IMG/VR virus record: IMGVR_UViG_3300020367_000006
Location: 1-43,430 of that record
Strand: one strand, 5' to 3'
From: a virus
Lineage: Duplodnaviria; Caudoviricetes
Length of the DNA: 43,430 nucleotides
Shown piece after piece: positions 36,340 through 43,430 of this stretch (its first letter is position 1; every line of letters starts with the position of its first letter). Below the pieces are notes generated by a model. It ran no database searches. It worked only from the letters and a program-made list of their open reading frames with translations, and was not told the origin of the DNA. Both the position numbers and the translations under genes were made by a program.

Positions 36340-36493
36340 CTCTTGGTAAATAAACTTCTACAAAAGAATTACATTTAGGACAGGAAAGATTAGTAACCAT
36401 ACTATATTCCTGCGAAGAACAAGGATAGTCCTCTTCATTCATATCGTGATCTCCTCCCCAAATCAGTTCAGTTTTACAATGCCAACAGTTCAT
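36326..36493 (-). CDS. 55 aa zinc-ribbon protein; not in the ORF track
   Basis: MNCWHCKTELIWGGDHD...NLSCPKCNSFVEVYLP. Confidence 0.75.
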   Translation of the reverse strand: MNCWHCKTELIWGGDHDMNEEDYPCSSQEYSMVTNLSCPKCNSFVEVYLPRDAYD

Positions 36494-36708
36494 TTAATAA
36501 TTGGCATGGATGGACCAGTAACTTTAGGTAATCCTTGATCTAATACTTTAGGCATCATTCCTTGAACATTACCAAGTATTTCATTCATAACTTGAGACTT
36601 AAAATTTTCTGAAGTTACATACTTGTAACCTAAGTACGCTCCACCACTCATGGAAGCTACCATAAGAAAAGAAACAATACTTAGAATATTTGCAATTTTT
36701 TGAAACAT
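36490..36708 (-). CDS. Small N-terminally anchored membrane protein
   Basis: MFQKIANILSIVSFLMVASMSGGAYLGY then amphipathic helix and Pro-rich tail. Confidence 0.75.
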   Translation of the reverse strand: MFQKIANILSIVSFLMVASMSGGAYLGYKYVTSENFKSQVMNEILGNVQGMMPKVLDQGLPKVTGPSMPIIK

Positions 36709-36838
36709 GATAAAAGAAGCCTTTGCAAAAGCATTAGTACCTGTAACTATTATAACCTTCGCAGGAATCTGTGCATTAGCACCTTTATATCTAACTATGA
36801 GCTTGGTAACAAGGCAGATGCAGGATAAATCTAATTAA
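36707..36838 (+). CDS. 43 aa single-TM protein; not in the ORF track
   Basis: MIKEAFAKALVPVTIITFAGICALAPLYLTMSLVTRQMQDKSN* exactly fills the gap. Confidence 0.55.
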   Translation: MIKEAFAKALVPVTIITFAGICALAPLYLTMSLVTRQMQDKSN

Positions 36839-36841
36839 CTT

Positions 36842-37300
36842 TTAGTTCATATTAAATGAAATTGCAACTCTGTCTTGCATTGATTTATTTTCTTGTGACC
36901 AATGCATATCCACATCATTGAAAAAAATTAAATCATCCTCATTAATTTGAATTTCATTGCCTTCTATAATTAAATTACCAGAATTTACTGGCTTGTTTAA
37001 GTAATAAACTCCAACTAATGTATTAGGATATTTTTCAGAAAAATGATTATGTGGTCTTACATTTGTGCCAGGTGGATTAATATTCGCCCACATATCCAAA
37101 AAAGGAATATTAATTATATTGTTAATTGCTTTAGTAAGTTTATCAAAGACTTCAAACTGTTCAAACAATTTACCATATAAATCATAAGTTGATAAACCAT
37201 TGCCAGTTACTAAGTTATGTTGTGAAAATATATTAGATTGTTTAAAAAAATTTTTAATATCTTGTTTATTTTCAACTTTAAAATTTTTAATATGATTCAT
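36842..37300 (-). CDS. 2OG-Fe(II) oxygenase (TIGR02466-like)
   Basis: WANIN.PG...PHNH, GVYYL, G.L, H, R.AISFN. Confidence 0.85.
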   Translation of the reverse strand: MNHIKNFKVENKQDIKNFFKQSNIFSQHNLVTGNGLSTYDLYGKLFEQFEVFDKLTKAINNIINIPFLDMWANINPPGTNVRPHNHFSEKYPNTLVGVYYLNKPVNSGNLIIEGNEIQINEDDLIFFNDVDMHWSQENKSMQDRVAISFNMN

Positions 37301-37847
37301 AATTAATATTTAAAACATAACGGCATTTTATATTTGTAGACCAAACCCCTGCGTGTACTGCTGTAGTTGGAGCAATAACACATCTGTTTGCTTTTGACTC
37401 TACAAAAGGGCCAGCTTTAAATTGTGTTCCTCCGTTATTAGAGTTTAAATAAATGATAGAAGTTTTACCATGTTTTTGAAGATAGTCACTCCAACTGTTA
37501 TCTATATGCCAAGCTCCTTGGTATCTTTCTTTCTGCCCGAAAGTACAATTTACTCGCATTTGCCAAAGTCTTTTTATTTCTAGTAGCTCATGGATCTTTT
37601 TTATTTGAGGTTCTAAATGTAAGTAACAATCTGATACTTCACAAGAACTAATATATCTGCGAAACATCATTGCTTGCATTTGCTGTTCTGCAAAGTTAGT
37701 GTTATACGCTTCGCTTTCGTATGCTGTAAAACCTACTCCTATAAAATGAGGAGAAGTAATTGCATACTTAGCAAACTCATTAAAAATTTCTAAAGGAAGA
37801 AAATTATCAATAATTTGTATTTTATTTTTAGTTGCTAAAATAGTCAT
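37287..37847 (-). CDS. 2OG-Fe(II) oxygenase
   Basis: WHID, TSIIYLN.NNGGT.F, ESKANR, H.G, RYVLNINY. Confidence 0.85.
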   Translation of the reverse strand: MTILATKNKIQIIDNFLPLEIFNEFAKYAITSPHFIGVGFTAYESEAYNTNFAEQQMQAMMFRRYISSCEVSDCYLHLEPQIKKIHELLEIKRLWQMRVNCTFGQKERYQGAWHIDNSWSDYLQKHGKTSIIYLNSNNGGTQFKAGPFVESKANRCVIAPTTAVHAGVWSTNIKCRYVLNINYESY

Positions 37848-38059
37848 TTTTTAGCATCAGAAGGTTTTATTTCTTCTTTTTGATTTTGGGTCGATAATAA
37901 TTGTGCCTGTGCATCTTTCACACCAATAATTGCACCTTGATACCTGTCCTCATTTTTACAGGCAATATCGTAAGCATTTTTTGCTTCTTCTTTTTGTTTT
38001 TGTATCATTACGAGTTGTTCCTCGTATTTCTTGATAAGTGCGTCTAGTGGATTTGTCAT
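37844..38059 (-). CDS. Small coiled-coil protein (start 38059 preferred)
   Basis: MTNPLDALIKKYEEQL...RYQGAI. Confidence 0.65.
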   Translation of the reverse strand: MTNPLDALIKKYEEQLVMIQKQKEEAKNAYDIACKNEDRYQGAIIGVKDAQAQLLSTQNQKEEIKPSDAKK

Positions 38060-38073
38060 AGTTTTTAAGAATC

Positions 38074-38463
38074 TTACACCCAATCTGGTTTGGTATAAGA
38101 AATCTTTTTCCAACCAGTAGTATTGTCAGCTTGGTAAGCATCTTCATCCCATTGATAGCCTTCAGTATCTGTATATGCATCTGCACTAGGATAATCAATA
38201 GGAGGTTTCCATTGACAAGTATCTTCTACTAAAGTCCAACTAGGGTAGGGTTGAGGAGGAATAAAAGCATCTTTAGTTTCATCATAAGTAAAACCTATGC
38301 CAGCAAAGTGTTTTCTAATATTACTGTTATAACTTGTTTGTTTCCAAGCTACACCTCCTAATAAGTTTTTACACCAATTTTCACCATCAGCTTCGTAATC
38401 ATTAGAAACAACAATTACTCGTATAACAATATTGTTACTGTCTAATTCTGCGAAATGTGCCAT
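38074..38463 (-). CDS. Fibre-associated (chaperone-like) protein
   Basis: MAHFAELD.NN.V.RVIVV, WKQTSYN..IRK.FAGIG.TYD..KDAFI.PQPYPSW; follows the Gly-rich fibre gene. Confidence 0.75.
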   Translation of the reverse strand: MAHFAELDSNNIVIRVIVVSNDYEADGENWCKNLLGGVAWKQTSYNSNIRKHFAGIGFTYDETKDAFIPPQPYPSWTLVEDTCQWKPPIDYPSADAYTDTEGYQWDEDAYQADNTTGWKKISYTKPDWV

Positions 38464-38469
38464 GTAATT

Positions 38470-39459
38470 TTATTTAAATTTATATTTTATGAAAACTACA
38501 CCAGAACCACCATTGCCAGCATTATGAGCATTACCCCCAAAGGCATTGCTATGACCTCCGCCTCCGCCTCCGCCTGTATTTGCGGCACCATTTGTAGCAC
38601 CTGTACTGGTATAGTGTCTATTCGCTCCATTTCCTCCACCGCCTTGTCCTCCAGGTGCTTGATACGTTGTCATATTAGATGCACCAGCTGCTGCTGTGCC
38701 AGCACCTCCTCCGCCTCCGTAGTAGGTTGTGCTTCCAGTTACCATAGTTGTTGCATAACCATCACCTCCACCTCCTCCAGCAGAATAAGAACCACCAGTT
38801 GCCCAACTTGGAGTGTATGACTGAGTATTGTCAGTCGTACTATGAGCTCCAGTTCCGTTATCCCCAGAACCAGCACCCCCTCCAGCATAAGCTACGCTGT
38901 GATAGCCTCCTCCTCCTTGATATTGTGTAAGAGTTCCGTTTACAACTTTTGCACTATTACCACCAATAAAGTGAGCATAACTAGACCATGTTGCTTGGTT
39001 ATTAGCCTGTGGGTTGGGGTCACTTCTACCACTACTAGGAGCAATATCACTAATGTCAGCTTCAAGAATAATGGAGCTATCAGAAGCTAATTTTATAGAT
39101 GAATCGCTGCCCTCATTACCAGTTGGGGTATTCGGCCACGAACTTGTAGTTCCAGCACCAGAACCTCCACCACCAACTGTAATTGTATATGCAGCAGCAG
39201 TTAAAGCCTGTCCAGTTTGATGGTTAATAATACCACCACCGCCACCACCTCCGGCAGAAAAAGTATTACCTGGGCCAGCACCTCCAGCGACTATTAATGT
39301 TTCAAATTCATTTACTTCTCCTAGTTGAGTGACAGTAAAAGTTCCAGAACTCGTAAAAGTGTGTACTTTATAATCACCAACTTCGGTAACTGTACCGCCT
39401 GTAGCCTCTGCAAATTGTTCGGCTTTTGTAATCCCTATCAACATTTGTTGTATAGGCAT
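38470..39459 (-). CDS. Glycine-rich virion fibre protein (start MPIQQM at 39459)
   Basis: ATGG, HTFTSSGTF, VAGG, poly-Gly runs, GNGGSGVV.I.Y end. Confidence 0.8.
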   Translation of the reverse strand: MPIQQMLIGITKAEQFAEATGGTVTEVGDYKVHTFTSSGTFTVTQLGEVNEFETLIVAGGAGPGNTFSAGGGGGGGIINHQTGQALTAAAYTITVGGGGSGAGTTSSWPNTPTGNEGSDSSIKLASDSSIILEADISDIAPSSGRSDPNPQANNQATWSSYAHFIGGNSAKVVNGTLTQYQGGGGYHSVAYAGGGAGSGDNGTGAHSTTDNTQSYTPSWATGGSYSAGGGGGDGYATTMVTGSTTYYGGGGGAGTAAAGASNMTTYQAPGGQGGGGNGANRHYTSTGATNGAANTGGGGGGGHSNAFGGNAHNAGNGGSGVVFIKYKFK

Positions 39460-39968
39460 TAGCTTAACCCTGCTCCTGATATATAAGCCTCTGAAGCAGA
39501 AGCAAACCATATAGTTGCCACACCTCTTAATGCTAAAGTTCTATTTCCTGTAGTACCATCAGCAGCATTATATAAAGTCACTCCAGAACCTTGAGTAATA
39601 GTCTGGTTTGACCCACTATTATTTACTATTGAAACAAGATCACCAGCAGAAAATACTGAATTATTAATAGTAACTCCACCAGTTGATATATAAATAGCTT
39701 TACCAGTATCACTAGCTACGGCTACATAAGCACCAGATTGAGTGTTTAAAGAAACAGCAATTCCTACGCCCTTTGCTAGATAATTCCAACTTGCGTGTGC
39801 TGAACCACTACTAGAGGGTGCATTACCTGTAGAGTTAGCAACGCAAATATATGCTGAAGTAACACCAGAATCCGTAAATTCAACTAAATCATCTACTGTA
39901 TAAGCAGTAGAGTTGTTGTAAGTTCCTTTCCAAACTAATTTAATTTTGCCTAGATCAATAGTTGCCAT
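39459..39968 (-). CDS. Virion structural protein with CBM5/12-like N-terminus
   Basis: LGKIK.VWKG.Y...TAY..DD.V..SAYIC. Confidence 0.7.
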   Translation of the reverse strand: MATIDLGKIKLVWKGTYNNSTAYTVDDLVEFTDSGVTSAYICVANSTGNAPSSSGSAHASWNYLAKGVGIAVSLNTQSGAYVAVASDTGKAIYISTGGVTINNSVFSAGDLVSIVNNSGSNQTITQGSGVTLYNAADGTTGNRTLALRGVATIWFASASEAYISGAGLS

Positions 39969-39970
39969 AA

Positions 39971-40171
39971 TTAATTAGTTGCGATTAATTTACCACTTGC
40001 ATTTATGCTAAAGGTAAAACCTGTAGCTGCAAAAATCACATCTTCAAACGCATCATAAACTGTGCTAGATATATTGTCCACACCACCATTAGTAGTTGTC
40101 ACGATTAAATTACCCGATCCATCTGTATTGAATCCATAAACTTCTACAGGTCTTGTTTGCGTTAATCCCAT
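39971..40171 (-). CDS. Small structural protein
   Basis: 66 aa ORF in the fibre operon. Confidence 0.65.
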   Translation of the reverse strand: MGLTQTRPVEVYGFNTDGSGNLIVTTTNGGVDNISSTVYDAFEDVIFAATGFTFSINASGKLIATN

Positions 40172-40737
40172 TATGCTCCCACCTCAATTAATGTTATTAC
40201 TGATGGATTACTATCATCTTGAGTTCTCATATTCCCACCATTATCGGCTGTTTGTACTCTCATCATTGTTTTATATGTATTTGACCCTGTAGATGCACCA
40301 GTATCTAAAAAAGAAAGACTTAAAACCCCTTTAAATGATTTGTTATCTGAACTTAAATCATTAAAACCCAACAACTTTTGGTTTGCACTCACATAAATAT
40401 CTGTACTAGCTCTCACAAGTTTTATATCTCCAAAACAAGAATCATGTGGACCTCTTTTTATTTCATAGTCTTGAGATACAAGCACTAAAACTTTGCTATT
40501 AGCTGAAATAGTTATCGATGCAGTCAATCCAGTATCTACATAAGTAGTGCTTGTGGTTTCAACTTGAGTCGTTGTTGAAGCTGTAACTGTTTGAAGAAGT
40601 TTACCACCACCAAATCCAGAAGCAGTACCAGAACAAGTGACGTTAGCAGGGAACGTAGCATTTCCTGATCCATCTAAAGTAATCGCATCTGCTGAAGCAG
40701 AAGTGGATCGTATAGAGTTAGTTATAAGTCTGCTCAT
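40171..40737 (-). CDS. Fibre-tip / receptor-binding protein, paralogue A
   Basis: GGKLLQTV...DTGLTASIT...SKVLV...TYKT...ITLIEVGA. Confidence 0.7.
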   Translation of the reverse strand: MSRLITNSIRSTSASADAITLDGSGNATFPANVTCSGTASGFGGGKLLQTVTASTTTQVETTSTTYVDTGLTASITISANSKVLVLVSQDYEIKRGPHDSCFGDIKLVRASTDIYVSANQKLLGFNDLSSDNKSFKGVLSLSFLDTGASTGSNTYKTMMRVQTADNGGNMRTQDDSNPSVITLIEVGA

Positions 40738-41348
40738 GCTCCTATCTCCAAAAGTGTCATATAAGAAGCTGTACCATCATTACTTACACCAGTTAATGCA
40801 CTATTGTTACCATAAGCTGCACCTATCATGGTTTTGTATGTGGTTGCAGAAGTTGTGCTTGGACTATCCAAGTATGTTGTATTAAACTCTCCTTGTATTT
40901 CTACATAAGTTGCTCCTGTAATATTTAAATGAATCTTATAAGGGTCAGACCCATTGATGTCATTTGTAAGTTTAGTAGAGCCTCTATACAAGGTAATTGA
41001 CCCTCCTAAAGATGAACTTGATCTTCTTACTATATAGTGTTGAGTAATAAAAACTAAAACTTTACTGCCTGTCGCTGAAGGTGTAATTGTTGCTGATAAT
41101 CCAGAATCAGCAAAAGTAGTTCCATAAACAAATGTTGCTGAAGTACTGGATGCAGTAACAGCTTGAAGAACTTTACCACCAGCAACAGTAGCAAAAGCTA
41201 GTTGACCACTAGCATTTGTAGTTAAGGCTTGCCCATTTGTTCCGTCAGCTTGAGGGAGCTTAAAAGTTACATCAGATGAAGGGTTACTGGTTGGTGCAGC
41301 TAATATAACTCCATTTCCACCACTATGTAATAACTTTATCTGACTCAT
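40734..41348 (-). CDS. Fibre-tip / receptor-binding protein, paralogue B
   Basis: LP.ADG..GQ.L.T..SG.L.F linker; GGKVLQAV...DSGLSATIT...SKVLV...TYKT...MTLLEIGA. Confidence 0.7.
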   Translation of the reverse strand: MSQIKLLHSGGNGVILAAPTSNPSSDVTFKLPQADGTNGQALTTNASGQLAFATVAGGKVLQAVTASSTSATFVYGTTFADSGLSATITPSATGSKVLVFITQHYIVRRSSSSLGGSITLYRGSTKLTNDINGSDPYKIHLNITGATYVEIQGEFNTTYLDSPSTTSATTYKTMIGAAYGNNSALTGVSNDGTASYMTLLEIGA

Positions 41349-41350
41349 AT

Positions 41351-41710
41351 TTAGCTAGGTTCTGTTGGGAAAGTAACAGATGACATATTTAATGTACCAT
41401 CTGAATTTAAAGTTGGCGATGCACTAGCTGGTAAATCTCTTAATGCCTGACGATATGTTTTCCAAGCATCTGCAAGTGTTAAATCAGAACTAGCTCTCCA
41501 ATCGGTAGCAGCTAATTTTCTATTTCTTTCATCTCTTAAGAGTTTCATGGGTTCTGCATTATTTAAAGTTGTAACTTCCGCATCTATTTCAGCTTCAGTT
41601 GGTTTGGTAGAACTGTCAATCCAATTTAAGCCAGAATAGTCTGTACCTGTCCAAGTCCATTCTGCATTTGGTTTTAAACTAATTAAAGCATCAATGTTCT
41701 TGTAAATCAT
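41351..41710 (-). CDS. Tail fibre assembly chaperone
   Basis: KPTEAEI; LRDERN.KL..TDW, W..YRQALRDLP, FPTEP. Confidence 0.85.
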   Translation of the reverse strand: MIYKNIDALISLKPNAEWTWTGTDYSGLNWIDSSTKPTEAEIDAEVTTLNNAEPMKLLRDERNRKLAATDWRASSDLTLADAWKTYRQALRDLPASASPTLNSDGTLNMSSVTFPTEPS

Positions 41711-41751
41711 AATTTTAAAACATCTATACCATTATTATATATGTCATTAAT

Positions 41752-42357
41752 TTATGTGTCTCCTAATTTCATAAATAATATACTTGTATAGTTTGAATCA
41801 GCATCATAAGAAAGGTAACTGCTAGTAGAATTACTTTCAGAATTAGTCCTAAGTTTTAATCTAAATGTACTTACATCAGTTACGTCTAGTATAACTGCAC
41901 CCATACAACCAGATAAATGACCAGTACTACTGATTCTGCTTCCAACAGAAGAACTATTAGTACAACAATGATTCCAATTACTACCTGAGTCTGTACTTTG
42001 TTCTAGAAAAAATTGATTATATCTTTCATCAACATTGTGTACGTTATACAAAATTACGTCAACTCGCCAATATCCTGTAGAAGAAAATGTAAAAATTCCA
42101 GAAGATTCACTTACATTTCCATTAAGACTTGCTCTTGAATTATTAGAAGGTCTATACCATCCAGTTACAGGGTTAGCATCACCCCCATTAGATGAATTTA
42201 AAGCATATTGATCCGCAACAGTTAACCCACCAAGACCAGAGGATTTAGCACTTGTAACCGCATTATTAGCCAACATATCAGTATCTACAATTCCATCAGG
42301 CAACCCTCCAGTAGTTATTCCTGATATAGTTCCATCTCCGTTAATTACGATTGGCAT
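41752..42357 (-). CDS. Fibre-tip / receptor-binding protein
   Basis: GGLPDGIVD.D.LA..AVT.AK linker; SSGIFTF.STGYW.V; ends F.KLGDT. Confidence 0.7.
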   Translation of the reverse strand: MPIVINGDGTISGITTGGLPDGIVDTDMLANNAVTSAKSSGLGGLTVADQYALNSSNGGDANPVTGWYRPSNNSRASLNGNVSESSGIFTFSSTGYWRVDVILYNVHNVDERYNQFFLEQSTDSGSNWNHCCTNSSSVGSRISSTGHLSGCMGAVILDVTDVSTFRLKLRTNSESNSTSSYLSYDADSNYTSILFMKLGDT

Positions 42358-42368
42358 AATTTTACCTC

Positions 42369-43430
42369 CTAAACAATAACATAGCGTGAACCTGACGGAA
42401 TGGTAACTGTTACCCCACTTGCTATTGTTATATCCCCTGCACTAATTCCTGACTTATTTGTAGTCATAGTGTAATTATTTGAAATTGTTAACGAGTTTTC
42501 TGTCACGCAACCATCAGCTTTTTGTGACGAAACTCCTGTTAATGCTGATCCATCTATAGCTGGTAACGCACCAGTTAAGGCAGAAGAAGGTAAATTAGTT
42601 AAACTTGCACCCGATCCACTAAATATAGTGGCTGCTAAAGTACCATTTGAAGAGTTAAATGTAAGATTAGATCCTGACTTTAATCCTAAGTCTCCTGTTG
42701 CTGCGGTAGCAAACAAAGGGAAACAAGTTGTATCAGAACTTTCATCAGCGATAGTGTTAGTGGTTGCATTGCCTATAGCAATCTGTGTTCCCATATTGAC
42801 AATAAAAAATGTAGCACCACTAGGAGGAGCAGAATCAAAGATAATATCAGTACCGCTTACAACATATCCTTCTGTCATGTCTCCTTGACCAGATCCATCA
42901 TTGGGTTGTTGCATTACACCATTGATAGATACCCTTAAAATCTCTGCATTTGTTGGGGTAACTGCTGTACTTGTTCCTTTTGTGACTAACTTAAATCTGT
43001 AAGCAGTTCCATTAAATGTTGCAGACCCTCCACCTGTTCCAGAAGATGATGCAATATCTAATAAATCTGCTGCACCTGTAGCTGAAGATCCAGCGATTTC
43101 TCCCCAAGCACTTCCATCATATCCCTCAAATTTTGTTGTTTGACTATTAAATCTGAACATACCAGCAGAAGCAGATCCAGGTCTTTGAGCAGTTGTACCA
43201 GAAGCTATATCTATAGCTCCTGTTCCTGTCATCAAAATATTGTCACTAACAGTAAACGTGCCAGTAACATCCATATTTCCAGTAACACTTAAACTGGATA
43301 GCAGAGTTCCTGTAGCTGTTGCAGAGTTTGTTGCTATTCCATTACCCATCAGGGAATGACTTGAGCATTGATAATGAATTACTATTGGAGTCGTATCGCC
43401 TACAACAATCTGTGTATATGCACCACTAGA
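42369..43430 (-). CDS. Long tail fibre, C-terminal part (frame open to the right end; continuation of 1-1576)
   Basis: INGV.Q.P, I.F.SAP, GSGASLT.LP, LPAIDGSALTG; ends TIASGVTVTIPSGSRYVIV. Confidence 0.85.
   Translation of the reverse strand, partial: SSGAYTQIVVGDTTPIVIHYQCSSHSLMGNGIATNSATATGTLLSSLSVTGNMDVTGTFTVSDNILMTGTGAIDIASGTTAQRPGSASAGMFRFNSQTTKFEGYDGSAWGEIAGSSATGAADLLDIASSSGTGGGSATFNGTAYRFKLVTKGTSTAVTPTNAEILRVSINGVMQQPNDGSGQGDMTEGYVVSGTDIIFDSAPPSGATFFIVNMGTQIAIGNATTNTIADESSDTTCFPLFATAATGDLGLKSGSNLTFNSSNGTLAATIFSGSGASLTNLPSSALTGALPAIDGSALTGVSSQKADGCVTENSLTISNNYTMTTNKSGISAGDITIASGVTVTIPSGSRYVIV
42860..43430. repeat. Right copy of imperfect terminal direct repeat (partner 1-571)
   Basis: Gap-free alignment to 1-571. 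Confidence 0.95.

Noticed and set aside
38455-42888. Plus-strand ORFs opposite the Gly-rich and fibre genes
   Set aside because: Shadow frames of low-complexity coding sequence
42860-43430. Physical direct terminal repeat of the virion DNA
   Set aside because: Copies differ by about 8% and cut through a gene; looks like an assembly bubble
1-43430. Prophage, lysogeny module, tRNAs or photosynthesis genes (psbA, hli)
   Set aside because: No integrase, repressor, host flanks, cloverleaf or matching motifs recognised by eye

Overview
The window is an apparently complete ~42.9 kb genome of an AT-rich tailed dsDNA phage with a lambda-like non-contractile tail. Gene content and low GC suggest a marine cyanophage, possibly of Prochlorococcus (inference). 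The two ends overlap by 571 nt inside one tail-fibre gene as two alleles about 92% identical (hand count). Layout: (i) minus-strand virion operon, 1-19047 and 36842-43430 (terL, basic micro-proteins and tail tube, portal, scaffold, capsid, neck, chaperone, tape measure, gpM/L/K/I/J-like tip, fibres, two 2OG-Fe(II) oxygenases); (ii) a divergent TerS-like gene; (iii) an AT-rich early region, 19.7-25.5 kb, with ArdA-like and DUF932-like genes, each cassette carrying its own sigma70-type promoter and terminator; (iv) a replication module (exonuclease, SSB-like protein, primase-helicase, family A polymerase); (v) an envelope-protein cluster, 33.7-36.8 kb. I recognised no integrase, repressor, endolysin, tRNA, CRISPR, reverse transcriptase or psbA/hli. 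Best leads: strand-polarised hexamer zones (TGAATG, then CGATCC) over the early region; a cassette of two secreted beta proteins plus a half-TolC-like protein in a genome without an endolysin; a tail-chaperone frameshift into the +1/-2 frame rather than -1; six basic micro-ORFs around a displaced tail-tube gene; NblA-like and NrdR-finger-only proteins; an amicyanin-type copper motif in the fibre. All family calls come from motif recognition by eye; no searches were run.
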